NCBI RefSeq assembly: GCF_902713615.1
Contig: NC_052159.1
Span: forward strand, 57,479,490 to 57,543,489
Reading direction: 5' to 3'
Origin: Scyliorhinus canicula
Taxonomy: Eukaryota
Length of the DNA stretch: 64,000 bases
Shown here: piece after piece, positions 52,145-64,000 of the stretch
Layout: the number at the start of each line of letters is the position of its first letter
Position numbering within the stretch: position 1 is the stretch's first letter
Program-made: the position numbers and the translations under genes
Notes under the pieces: model-generated
What the model was told of the DNA's origin: nothing
What the model saw: only the letters and a program-made list of their open reading frames with translations
The model's database searches: none

Positions 52145-52455
52145 ACGAAACACAGCCAAGTATCACACACTGTAATTATCTCCCTGGCACCCAAATGTAT
52201 ATTCCCCCCCCCAACCCCCGCAAACAGTCGCCTACTTACGTGGTGTAAATAATTTTGCCACGTGTACAGAGCTGCCGCTGTCGAGCTGGTGCACAATACC
52301 CTACCATTTATTCTATTTCATATTTTATTGTATTTTATGTTGGGGTGTGCCCTTCTCTTCTAGATATGTGTGTATATATATATGTTTCTTATTCTGTTAC
52401 AAAACGGTAATTATACCTTGTTCAAAAACCCAGCAAAAAAACATTTATAAAAAAA
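52145..52455 (+). mobile_element. 311-bp poly(A)-tailed retro-insertion (probably an L1 3'UTR stub)
   Basis: 15-bp TSD AAAGGTGCTGCATGT at 52130-52144 and 52456-52470; A-tail. Confidence 0.8.
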
Positions 52456-52526
52456 AAAGGTGCTGCATGTGCATCCCCGGTGTACCTCCTATCCACCTCT
52501 AATATCTCATCTATCAGCCTTTGATA

Positions 52527-52838
52527 TAGAACATACGGTGCAGAAGCAGGCCATTCGGCCCATCGAGTCTGCACTGACCTACTTAAGCCTTCACTTCCAC
52601 CCTATCCCCATAAACCCAATAACCTCTCCTAACCTTTCTGGACACTAAGGGCAATTTAGCATGGCCAATCCACCGAACCTGCTCGTCTTTGGACTGGGAG
52701 GAAACCGGAGCGCCCGGAGGAAACCCACACAGACACGGGGAGAACGTGCAGACCACACAGACAGTGACCCAGCGGGGAATCGAACCTGGGACCCTGGCGC
52801 TGTGAAGCCACAGTGCTATCCACTTGTGCTATGCTGTT
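52527..52838 (-). mobile_element. HE1/V-SINE-like SINE with CR1-type tail
   Basis: B-box GGTTCGATTCCC, V-core, ggccgaatggcct tail. Confidence 0.85.
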
Positions 52839-53631
52839 CCCTCTCTTTATTCACCTTGGCTGTAAACAATATCACTTTCCCCCTCACTACCACCTTCAGG
52901 GCCTCCCATACCACCGCCTGCGATACTTCCCCTTTGCAGTTAAAGCCCACGTACTCACTTTCCTGATCTTCTCACAAAAACTTTGGTCTCCCAGCAACCC
53001 CACGTCCATTCTCCATCCCAATCTCTGTGTTTTCCCCTTCAGGACTATGTCCGCCCAATGCAGTGCGAGATCCGAAATTGCGATCTGACCTCTAACCCCA
53101 GCCAACAGCGCCTTCCCTACTACAATTCTAACCTTGAATAGACCTTATGAAGAGAGGTGAAAAATGAATACTCTCGCTCCCTTGCGCACAAGAACCTCCA
53201 CCCCTCCCATTTTCCTCACAAGCCCAGTCAGTGCCTTCACCACCTCCCCCAGGACTGGCCGATCAAGCGCAGCTGTGACCTGTCCAAACTTGGCACTTGC
53301 ACCAAGTTCCAATCCCCTCCCACTACTAGCTTGTGCGAACTCAAGCCCGGAATGGCTCCAAACACCTTCCTCACAAACCTTGCATCATCAAAGCTAGGGC
53401 CATACACACTTGCCAACACCGCCAACCTCCATCCAATGCCCTTGTTACCGTCACATATCTACCCCCCCCCCAGTCCGCCACCACCTTCTCCATCTGGAAA
53501 CTCACTCTTTTACCGCCCAAAACTGCTACACCCGCGCGGGCGCTGCTGTCAAACCCCTAATGACATATTTGACTTACCCAGCCCTTCCTGAGCCTCACCC
53601 GATCTTTCACCCTCAGATGAGTCTCCAGTAG

Positions 53632-53880
53632 TGTGGTAGTCACCACTGATGTATATATTGTATGTATAGGATGTTGATATAGGTGCTTTACGGTAAGGCC
53701 CCTGTACTACAGGTACGGGGGTAGATCCCTGCCTGCTGGCTCCGCCCAGTAGGCAGAGTATAAATATGTGCGCTCCCCGTACAGCAGCCATTTCGTCAGC
53801 TGCTGTAGGATACCACACATCTGTGTAATAAAGCCTTGATTACATCCTACCCTCGTCTTTGCGTAATTGATAGTGCATCA
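53632..53880 (+). mobile_element. 249-bp solo LTR with 5-bp TSD
   Basis: TG...CA ends; TSD AGTAG at 53627-53631 and 53881-53885; GC box ~53742, TATAAA 53759, AATAAA 53827. Confidence 0.9.
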
Positions 53881-53987
53881 AGTAGCATAACAACATGGGC
53901 CTTTAATCTTTTTAGGAGCACAAATACCCACCTTTTCACTGCCCCACCCGCCGACATTCCCCGTAACTATCCTGGCTGAGGGTCTCT

Positions 53988-54022
<35 letters not shown>

Positions 54023-56489
54023 CAACATTCCACATAACTATCCTATCCGAGGCGCCCCGCCCGCCATCATTATAACTGGGTTTGGCCCGTCCCGTCGTTG
54101 CCATCAAGCCCCTCCTCCCCCCCCCCCATCAAAATCCCCCTATCCACTTCCTCTCGAAAACACTTCAACCAGTATCAGTCCCCCCCCCCCCCCCCCCCCC
54201 CACTTTTCACACCTCCTAGGCCCATTACAAAAAATCCCAACTCCTACCTTATCCAAATAGGTAGCTTTACCCCATTTAGCACATGTAGCATGAAATTTAA
54301 AAAAAGAAAAAAAAACTAACTATATACAATCTTCTTCCCCCCCCACCCTTGGTCCAAGACCAATCCTCAGTCCTATTTCTCACTTCTGCCCCAGACCTGC
54401 CTTCACAAACGCCTCTGCCACTTACACCATCCCGAAATAAAAATCTTTGAAGTTGCAGGTCACCCTCAACTTAGCTGGGTACACAATGCCGAACCGCACA
54501 TCACTGTTATACAGTGCTGTCTCCACTCGGCCGAAGGCCGCCCGCAACCTCGCCGACTCTACGGTTAGTTTTTGGTAAATACGTATACCAGCTCCAGCCT
54601 GCTGCACCTCCTGCTTCTGTTTTGCCCAACTCAGGACCTTCTCCTTCACGTGATGCCTGTAGAAGCAAATAATTACTGCTCGCGACAGCTCATGCGCCTT
54701 TGGTTTGGGCCTCAACGACTGATGAGCCTGATGAGTTTGTACCGGGAGGGATCTTCCCCCTCCCCCAACAGCTCTGCCAACATCTTGGCAAAGTACTCCG
54801 TCGGCCTCGGGCCCTCCACCCCTTCATGCAGGCCCACAATTCTCAGATTTTGCTGTCTAGGTTTGTTTTCCAGGTCCTCCACCTTGGCTCGCACACCTTT
54901 GTTGGCCTTGACCTCCCTCTGCAGCTCCTCACCCATCGAGGTGAGCTGATCGCTCTGTTGCAACAAGACCTCCACCACTCCCTTCAGTTTCTCACCCTGC
55001 TCTGTGAGCACCTGTTATTTGTTGAAAAAATGCTCCTGGGATCGGGAATTAAATTCTAAAAAAAAAATCAAGCCTCAAGCAGGAGCCACCCAACGTGTGA
55101 CTTCCTCCTACATGCCGCCACCTGAAGTCCTGCTCCACTCTATTCACTAACAAATTGAATATACTATGTGTTCTGTATTGCTGCATAGTTATCATGTGGG
55201 TTGTCATTCGTGGAAGTAACCTTCTGTCCCAGGGCTCATCTGGATTGAGTACATGGGTTTAAGTTTCACTTCAGTGTTGTGTTGACCATCCCCAGTTTTC
55301 AAAAACCCTCAGTTTAGGTCAGGTCTCTCCCACCAATGATGTTTAATAAATTTGTTACAACAAATATAGCTTTGTACTGAAGAAATAATAAGCATTGCAA
55401 CTGGAAAGTGCAACCAGAACCAGAGTAATTAAACCAAAAAACTGAATGTTGTTATGCATGCTTCATATTGTGCCACCTATTATTATTGGATGTAAACTAT
55501 TTATGCATTCAAATTGCCACTCATTTCCCAGAACTACATGACTCGTTAGAACTTTGTGCAATGTCTTTTATGGTGCATAACCCTCAGTAGTCTTAATTGT
55601 TTTTCTGCAAACTTAATTATGCACAATATTGTCAAATGTGCCAACTGTTTGGTTTTTCATTTTCAACAATTGTTTTCTTCCCATGACTCCACACCTTTCA
55701 CAAATTCAACACCCCAAAGCAATTTACTGTATAATCCAAGTACCTTTGAAGTGTGGCCACTTGTCATGTAGGTCAGTTCCTGTGGCACAATTTTTAAGAG
55801 GTCTCTAACCAGGTCATAGTCAATATTTACTCCCCAAAAAAGTTTTCATTTCTCTTTGTGGGACCTTATATGCAGACTGGCTACCTCATTTCCTACACCA
55901 CAACAGTCACCATAGGAAATAAGTGATTTCTGATTTTAATACTAAAACATTACATTTTTCACAAACAAAACAGATCAATATGTGCCACCCTTTGGATAGT
56001 GCTTGGCTAATACAAGTTTAGTTCTTGGGTAACTTTACAGCGAGGGACCGAATAGTCATGAAAAATCCTCCACTCTGCTTTGCATTCACTATTTCATGGA
56101 ATTTTGTTTTTTGGAAGTAAACGGACTCAAATCTTTATCCTTGTTGCTATTGATTGGTAGGTGATTTCATTTAACAATTCATGGTCACTTAATAGTTCCC
56201 AACTTGGAATTGTGACTGCTATCCTCCATGTCTATTAGAATTATGCATAACTGTATGTTTTCCCTGGGATGTATAACTTATTGGTCTGAATTTTTCACAG
56301 CTGTTTGTCCTGTTTCTGGATGACCAAGTACAGGAAAACATTGGTAAGCCTGCCAAGATAGAATTTAAGGCTGCAAAGAAGTGCAACTGATCAGTGTGGC
56401 CCCCAAGCCAGCATCACCACTAGCCACACTATATTTTGGCAATTTCCCCCACCAACAGGACTGAAAAACTAACTGCAATACAAGAACCT

Positions 56490-58760
56490 GTCACAATTAT
56501 AATAATTACGCAGCAGAGGTGGCGGAACAGTGGTATAAAGTTTGGAAGGAGTTGCCTCAGGAGTCCTCAACATGGACTCTAAACCCCATGAAGTCTCATG
56601 GCTTCAGGTTAAACATGGGCAAGAAAACCTCCTGCTGATTACAATGGACCACCCACCGTCAACTGATGAATCGGTACTCCTTCATGCTGAACACTACTTG
56701 GAGGAAGCACTGAGGGGTGGCAGGGGTACAAAATACACTCTGGGTGGGGGAATTCAATGTCCATCACCAAGAGTGCCTTAGTAGTAGCACTACCGACTGA
56801 GCTGGCCGGGTCCTAAAGGACACAGCTGCTAGACAGGGACTGCAGCAACTCATGAGGGAACCAAAAGGGAAAAATATACTTGACCTTATCCTCACCAACC
56901 TGCCTGCTGCAGATGCATCTGTTCATGACAGATCAGTAGAAGTGACCACTGCACAGTCCTTGTGGAGACAAAGTCCCATCTTCATATTAAAGGATACCCT
57001 CCATTGTGTTGTATGACACTACCACAGTGCTAAATGGGATAGACTTCAAACAGATCTAGCAACTCAAGACTGGTCATTAATGAGGTGTTATGGGCCACCA
57101 TTAGCAGCAGAATTGTACTCAACCACATTCTGTAACTTCATGGCCTGGTATATCTTACTCTACTATTACCACCAAGCCAGGTGATCAATCCTGGTTCAAT
57201 GAAGAGTGCAGGAGAGTATGCCAGGAGCAACACCAGACGTACTGAAAAATGAGGTGTCAACCTGGTGAAGCTACAATACAAGACTACTTGTGTGCCAAAC
57301 AGCGCAAGCAGGAAGCAATAGAGCTAAGTGATTCCACAACAAACACATCAAATCTAAGCTCTGCGGTCCTACCTCATCCAGTTGCGAATGATGGTGGACA
57401 ATTAAACAGCTCATGGGGAGGAGGCTCCACAAATATCCCCATTCTCAATGATGGACGAGCCTAATCTGTTCCAGTACAGCTACAGCACTGCATCTATCTG
57501 GCAATGTGGAAAATTGCCCAGATGTGGCCTGTACACAGGAAACAGGACAAATCCAACCCAGCCAATTACCACCCCAGTCTACTCTTGATCATCGGCAAAA
57601 TCATGGAAGGAGTCATCAACAGTGCTATCAAGCGGCACTTACTCAACAATAACCTGCTCACAGACACCCAGTTTAGGTTCTGCCAGGGTCACTCAGCTCC
57701 TGACCTCATTTCAGCCTTGGTTCAAACATGGACAAAAGAGCTGAATGCCAGAGGTGAGGTGAGAGTAACAGCTCTTGATATCAAGGCAGCATTTGACTTG
57801 AGTATCGCATCAAGGAGCCCTAGCAATACGAATCAATGGGAATCAGGGAGAAAATGCTCTGCTGGTTGGAGTCATATCTGACACAAAGGAAGATGGTTGT
57901 GGTGGTTGGAGGTCAATCACCTCAGCACCAGGATATCACTACAAGAGTTCCTCAGGGTGGTGTCCTAGGTCCAGCCACCTTCAGCTGCTTCATCAATGAC
58001 CTCCCTTTCATCATAAGGTCAGAAGTGGGGACGTTTGCAGATGACTGCTCAACTTCCAACACCCAAATGCAGCAAGACCTACATACGTGCCACACGAGTG
58101 CCAAGCAATGACCATCTCTAACAAGAAAGGATATAACCAACGCCCCTTGACATTCAGTGGCATTACCATCGCTGAATTCCCCACAATCAACAACCTGGAG
58201 GTTAGCATTGACCAGAAACTGAACAAGGCTAGGCCTATTAATACTGTGGCTACCAGAGCATGCCAACGGCTAGGTAGGAATCCTACAGCGAGTAACTCAC
58301 CTCCTGACCCCCAAAGCATGTCCACCATCTACAAGGACAAGTCAGGAGTGTAATGGCATACTTTCTACTTGCTACCCCTTCCACAAACATTCAATCCCTC
58401 ACCAACGAACAGTGGCAGTCGTGTGTACCATCTACAAGATGCACTGAAGTAACTCACCAACGTTCCTTAGACAGCACCTTCCAAACCCACGACCACTACC
58501 ATCTAGGACAAGAACAGCAGATACCTGGGAACGCCTGGAGACACCCCTCAAAGTCACTCACCACCCCGACTTGGAAATATATTGTTGTTCCTTCACTGTC
58601 ATGGGAGTCAAAATCTTGGCATTCCCTCCCTAATAGCACTGTGTAACATGTCAAGGATTATAGCAGTTCAAGAAACAAACACACCACCACCTTCTGAAGA
58701 TGGGCAATAAATGCTGGCCTAACTAGCGACGCCCACATCCCGTAAATGATTTTTAAAAAA
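56490..58760 (+). mobile_element. Degenerate CR1/L2-group LINE ORF2 (second family); minus-strand fragments also at ~38760-39520
   Basis: LDLILTN, PANYHP, LDIKAAFD, VPQGGVLGP, FADD (ORFs 57504..57881 and 57836..58111); gggcaataaatgctggcct tail. Confidence 0.85.
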
Positions 58761-59044
58761 ATTAACCTGATGCAGAAAGATCTGAGAAACAAAGCCCACC
58801 AAATCAAATTCCAAAACAATTATGCCAGAGCTTGGTATGCGTAGTCAAATTGCCATTTTTGATACAATACATAAATGTGCTTCTTTTTGATCTGATGTAC
58901 AGATTTTAGTTAAATCTTAAGTGCCTACTTATAAACAAATGAAAATACCTCAATACATTTTCCCGAGCCTCGAGGTTTTACAATATTGGTGACTTTCATC
59001 CTAATTGACTGTTTCAAGAAATAATAAATGGAAGCATGTTACTA

Positions 59045-59449
59045 GTAACACTTGAGAAAATAACTTTATTGAAAGTATGAACTTTTGCTTCAAACAACCA
59101 ATAAATGTACATAAATCTGACAAAACTGCTCTCAAACAGCAGAATTAGTTACCATAATTGGTGTTGTTAAGACTCAGTAAAAAAAATAATAACACGGCAC
59201 TGCAACATTCTTGGCAGAGAAAAAAACCCTCAAGTTTTATAGTTGAACTACCATGAACTTATCCAATTCACTCAATTGTCAAGAAAATGAAGGTATGCTA
59301 ATTACCCAAAAAAGAAAACTCTGAGAAATTAACTTTAATTAGCTGTAAACTACAGTTTGCTGTTAATGCAGTTACCAAAAAGAATTCAACGATAAACATC
59401 CCGCAGAATCTTGTCCAGTTTGAAGGTTGTCCAATACCTTGTTGTTATT
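59045..59449 (-). other. RNF17: Probable RNF17 non-coding terminal (3'UTR) exon
   Basis: Minus-strand acceptor tattctctccacaaaacag ending at 59450; AATAAA at 59070-59065; unique AT-rich sequence; 3' end approximate. Confidence 0.6.
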
Positions 59450-59947
59450 CTGTTTTGTGGAGAGAATAGATAGTAAAATATTTTCCTTCTGTACATTCTC
59501 AAAGTATTAAAGCTATGAAATTATGTTTTTATTAGGTAGAAACGTTTCAGTCTTAACTACACTGTACCATACTCTCTCATACTTCAATGTCTTGAATGGG
59601 TAGTGGGACAACAACTGGTAGACCTTCTACGGTCTCAAACTGGTACGTTTGGATACCAGATATGAGGATGGTGGTGTTCCAGAATATAGTACTGAAAGCT
59701 ATGTTTATTGCCTATTTTCTATTCAGTCCTCTACTTTCTTCCAACCATACCAATGATATATGAAGCATAAAATATATACACGTATTCAGTTACCATGCAA
59801 GAGGGCTCATCTTCCATTACTGATTGGAATTAAATTACCGAAGGCATTTCATAATCTATTTAGAAAAACCGTACCATTCAGTTATCCAAAACACAGGTGG
59901 GAAATGGAGGAAAGAAGAAACAATCAAGTTTATTTAAAAACCTACCT

Positions 59948-60043
59948 TTACATATCCAAATCTGCAAGACCTTTTTCTACAAGTGGAAGGTGAATCAGTG
60001 ATCCTTCTTCATACAGAAATACAGAAACTTCTGGACATAAGCT
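59948..60043 (-). CDS. RNF17: RNF17 last coding exon, SLCPEVSVFLYEEGSLIHLPLVEKGLADLDM*
   Basis: gttcttcag acceptor; phase 0; TAA at 59950-59948; resembles the RNF17 C-terminus VHMPLVEMGLAD; followed 2 nt later by GTAGGT. Confidence 0.92.
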   Translation of the reverse strand, partial: SLCPEVSVFLYEEGSLIHLPLVEKGLADLDM

Positions 60044-60651
60044 CTGAAGAACATTTTAGGTTTAGAAAAATACCAGTTTTAATGAAAAGTAACATGTAAA
60101 ACACGAGTAAAACAGATTTTATTCACAGATAGCGATCACTACATGAGAATGCAAAAATTCAAGATTGCACCAATGTTTGAAAATGCCACGAAGAGCACAA
60201 GTTGAAATACCAGTGTCCGATTGTATACACAGGGCAAGAACCGTATATATAATTGATGTCTGGATAAAATTGCAGTTAATGCTGGCTGAAATTGTGAAGA
60301 TCAGCCAGACACAAGTTGGATAAAAAGTTTACGATTAACTGCCTTTCCTTTTCAAATTTTTTATTTCACACCTCGAAGCAATCTTTTATATTTGATTTTG
60401 AAGTTTCCCAACTCAGAGACTACCATGCCTACATCAGAATTATGTTCCTTTAAATAACTACATTTGTTCTATTTGACATTTAAATATATTTTTACAATAA
60501 ATATCTTCTTTTTACAATAAAATTACAGGCAGGTTTAATTAGCAGCAATTAAAAACAGAAACTGCCAACTGCAATACCTGCTTTATTTTTCACTCTAACC
60601 TTGCTCAAGCACTCCGGTTAATTATTAACCAGGTTTAATCAGATTACTTAC

Positions 60652-60841
60652 CACCAAGAATGCTGTAAGTTGATTCCCTTGTACAATGTCAACCATTGTC
60701 CATAGAGCTTCCATGGACCAATCTGGACTGTAAACAAGTCGGTCCATGTCATTCATTAAAGCTGGGGGCTTAAACCCTGCCAGCTTAACTTTGATGGCTC
60801 GAACTGGATACTTTACCAAGTGTGCAGGGATCTGACGAAGC
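60652..60841 (-). CDS. RNF17: RNF17 exon (190 nt), [63 protein letters not shown]
   Basis: catggcag acceptor and gtaagt donor; phase-consistent; matches RNF17 YPARAIKVLLAGFKPP...WSMEALW; ORF 60625..60819. Confidence 0.96.
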
Positions 60842-61413
60842 CTGCCATGAAAATTAGAGCATATATATCACAATTAATACTTGGGCACATTGTTGAGGAG
60901 AAAAGAGGTCTTATGGAATAATAGAGGCTGTGCAGTCAATCATGGATTAAGTTAACTGCAGGAGTTTCAAAGCAGGAAATATTTTGGTGATAGTTCTTAC
61001 TGCGGCCTTGGATCTGAGGTCCAACATCTTTCTAGATTACAAATCATGCAGCAGAGCAAAGAAAGGGGCTTCAAGTCCCATTATTGCTTGAATAAAGCTA
61101 AGTACTGAGAGGTTAATACACCATGGTGTATGCACTTGCTATCTTCAGAGTAACATGCCTCTTCCCTCACCAGCTCACTGGCAACATACAAAAGAATCAT
61201 GACTACATACTACATCCAAGAAACCACCACAGAACTTCACTATTCTCTGCCTATGGTTACAAGCAAAATCAAATACTGAAGTGGAAGCCCTTCTCATTGT
61301 AGAAAATTCTCCGGTTTCATGGTTACAATCTATATCTCCCCGCACCATTTTGGTTTAGGACGCTGTGCAGCTAAATGTGTCACTTTGATCTATTTCCCAC
61401 GAAAAACAAACAC

Positions 61414-61725
61414 GGGTGGCACAGTGGTTAGCACTACTGCTTCACAGTACCAGGCATTCGGGTTCAATTCCAACCTTCACTGTGTGGAGTTTGCACATTC
61501 TCCCCGTGTCAGCATACGTTTCCTCCCGGTGCTCCGGTTACCTACCACGTCCAAAGATGTGTAGGTTAGGTAGGTTGGCCATGCCAAACAAATTGTCCTT
61601 TCTGCCCAAAGATTAGGTGGAATTATGGGGACTGTGCGGAGGAGTGAGCCTAATTAGGGTGCTGTATTAGAGGTCGATGCAGATTCGATGGGCCGAATAG
61701 TCTCCTGAACTGGAAAGATTTATGA
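61414..61725 (+). mobile_element. HE1/V-SINE-like SINE in an RNF17 intron
   Basis: ggtggcacagtggttagc head, V-core, gatgggccgaa tail. Confidence 0.8.
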
Positions 61726-61997
61726 AAAGCAGCATAATTTCTGAACAACAACAAATTTAAATTAAACCATAATCTCCATTTTAAATATGTTCAGAAATTT
61801 AAAAATTAAGCAAAACATGAAAAAAACTATTTTTGTTACCCCACTTCTCTCTCAAACTAATCAAATAGTTGCTGTACTTTTAATGAGAAAATGGTTGTAT
61901 GTCTATTCATAATGTCCACATGAAAATATGTAGTTCACCATAACACAAAATAAGGTCTGTACAAATGTGAAAGCTAAAACATATTTTAGGTAGTTAC

Positions 61998-62133
61998 CTG
62001 TAATCTGGTAGAGATGCAGTCGAGCCAAAGTCAACATGCTGCACAAGGATCATTAATGGTTGGACTTTAGCTAGTGACAGTACTTTTGCTCTGTACCATC
62101 GCCCATCACTATATTCAGCAAGGCAAGGCATTT
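61998..62133 (-). CDS. RNF17: RNF17 exon (136 nt), last Tudor domain, [46 protein letters not shown]
   Basis: Minus-strand tttgcag acceptor and gtaact donor; Tudor signature CLAxYxDGxWYRA...VDFG; resembles human RNF17 MPCLAEYDDGLWYRAK. Confidence 0.95.
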
Positions 62134-62233
62134 CTGCAAATGACCAAATTTCAAATCAGAGAAGCCGACAAAAAAATGGATTTTCCTTAATATTAAATGT
62201 ATTAGTCTCATTGCACAACACCCAGTTCAAGAT

Positions 62234-62570
62234 GGGCAGCACAGTAGCATGGTGGTTAGCATAAATGCTTCACAGCTCCAGGGTCCCTGGTTCGATTCCC
62301 GGCTGGGTCACTGTCTGTGCGGAGTCTGCACGTCCTCCCCGTGTGTGCGTGGGTTTCCTCCGGGTGCTCCGGTTTCCTCCCACAGTCCAAAGATGTGCGG
62401 GTTAGGTGGATTGGCCATGATAAATTGCCCGTAGTGTCCTAATAAAGTAAGGTTAAGGGGGGGTTATTGGGTTACGGGTATAGGGTGGTTACGTGGGTTT
62501 GAGTAGGGTGATCGTGGCTCGGCACAACATCGAGGGCCGAAGGGCCTGTTCTGTGCTGTACTGTTCTATG
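62234..62570 (+). mobile_element. Young HE1/V-SINE-like SINE with CR1 tail
   Basis: Closely similar to 16852-17171; ends gaagggcctgttctgtgctgtactgttctatg. Confidence 0.9.
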
Positions 62571-62739
62571 GCCTCTTCCCTTGCTGGATCCTCATTGTAT
62601 TGGTGCAGAAAACTATCCCGTGTACACTATTGTACTGTGACTAATTTGACTCACTCAATCTATATGTCCCTATTTTTTAGTGTCATTATCTGATACAGGC
62701 CCTTGATTTATCTGCCTCTCACTTGTGTGCACATTATCC

Positions 62740-62920
62740 CAGCGTCTGCGTAGGTTTCCTCTGGGTGCTCCGTTTCCTCCGAGTCCCGAAAGACATCCTT
62801 GTTAGATGAATTGGACATTCTGAATTCTCCCTCAGTGAACCCGAACAGGCAGCATATTGTGGCGACCAGGGGATTTTCACAGTAGGGGATGTGACACTAA
62901 TAAAGATTGTTATTACTATT
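62740..62920 (+). mobile_element. 5'-truncated V-SINE with (TTA)n tail
   Basis: Same body and tail as 11215-11500. Confidence 0.75.
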
Positions 62921-62974
62921 TTCTTATTCTCGTTGCTGTCTTTGTCTTTTGTTCTCGATTCACCCGCTCTGAAT

Positions 62975-63750
62975 CTTTACATAGGCTCCCACCCCCCTGC
63001 CATATTAGTTTAAACCTTCCCCAACCAGTCTAGCAAGTACCTCGGTCCAGTTTGTACAGGCCCCACCTCCCCCAGAATCGGTCCCTAGAAATCTGAAACC
63101 CTCCCCCTCATACCATCTCGTCAGCCACGTATTTATCCAATATATCCTGCTATTTCTCCGTTGACTAGCACATGGCACTGGTATTAATCCTGAGATCACT
63201 ATCGTTGAAGTCCGACTTCGTGACTTTGTATCAATGTGTACCACGACCACTGACTGTCCATCCTCCCCCCACCAGAACGTTCTGTAACCGCTCTGAGACA
63301 TCCTTGAACCTAGCACCATAACACCTTGGAGTCTTTTTGCAGCAATAGAAATACCTATCCCCCGTATAGTTCAATCCCCTAAAAGGGTCGGTGCAGACTT
63401 GATGGGCCGAATGGCCTCCTGCACTGTAAATTCTATGATTATATAATTACTTAAGTAGGGTGTTCGTTCCAAGGGTCGGTGCAGACCCGATAGGCCAAAT
63501 AGCCTCCTGCACTGTAAATTCTATGATTCTATAATTATTCCATTCTCACACTTATTATTCCTCCCTTCCGCAGCACAACCAACCATGGTGCAACAAATTT
63601 GGCTGTTGTTTTCTCCTGAGAGATAATTCCCCTCAACCATATCCAAAGCAGTATATCTACTTTGCAGGGGAATGGCCACGGGAGATTCCTGCACTGCCTG
63701 TCTAGATCACCCGCTCTGCCTGGTGGGCACCCATTCTCTTCCTGCCTGTT
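62975..63750 (-). mobile_element. CR1 ORF1 (SGNH/esterase-type) remnant with a duplicated SINE-tail insert (~63383-63530)
   Basis: ORF 63005..63319: VVVVHIDT..IVISGLIPVP...INTWL..W..GEGFRFL, typical of CR1 ORF1. Confidence 0.7.
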
Positions 63751-63888
63751 GTTGAAAGATCAGGAATAACTCTACTGTTTCTTGATATAATTCAAATACT
63801 TCAGCTCTGACATGTTACCAATTGCAATACACTGCAATAGTCCTTTCATAGCTAGAGCTCTTTTTTTGCTAACATCAAGATAACTATG

Positions 63889-64000
63889 ATGTGGAGAAGC
63901 TGGCGTTGGACTGGGGTGAGCACAATGAGAAGTCTTACAACACCAGATTAAAGTCCAACAGGTTAAAGTCCAACAGGTTTGTTTCGAATCACTAGGTTTC
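63889..64000 (-). mobile_element. Second copy of the Penelope-type short repeat, cut by the window edge
   Basis: Matches 51490-51581; has an internal duplication of ttaaagtccaacagg. Confidence 0.8.

Larger units (their letters stand above)
49180..55129 (-). mobile_element. Full-length degenerate L1-clade LINE (ORF1 ~55011-54420; ORF2 ~53970-49450) with four nested insertions
   Basis: 16-bp TSD CTGCTCCACTCT(G/A)TTC at 49164-49179 and 55130-55145; ORF1 KVEDLENKPRQQNLRIVGL and FGIVYPAKL; ORF2 GGDWN, KAFDR, MFWSCP. Confidence 0.95.

Noticed and set aside
62234-62310. tRNA gene-like A/B boxes here and at other SINE heads
   Set aside because: They run straight into V-core and LINE tail; these are SINE heads, not tRNA genes.

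Overview
Eukaryotic, repeat-dense vertebrate DNA. The repeat families (HE1/V-SINE-like SINEs, Deu-domain SINEs, CR1, L1-clade LINEs) suggest a cartilaginous fish, probably a catshark-type shark; this is inference. Two genes lie tail to tail. On the + strand are the last seven coding exons of CENPJ (CPAP/SAS-4, C-terminal TCP/G-box domain; 1185-38078). On the - strand are the last three coding exons and a probable non-coding terminal exon of RNF17 (Tudor domain; ~59045-62133). All junctions I traced are GT-AG and phase-consistent. Most of the rest is nested mobile DNA: four large L1-clade LINEs (two with clear 14-16 bp TSDs), many CR1/L2 fragments, solo LTRs, SINEs, MITE-like elements and short Penelope-type repeats. 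No retroelement ORF2 is intact. The most interesting signals are: (i) a 114-bp TSD-flanked insertion carrying a minimal hammerhead-ribozyme core; (ii) one SINE body found with three different tails and TSD signatures, suggesting use of different LINE partners; (iii) an L1 ending in an inverted copy of its own 3' end, at a site where host sequence is missing; (iv) sense-oriented L1s and inverted repeat pairs around CENPJ exons. I found no convincing wholly new gene system.
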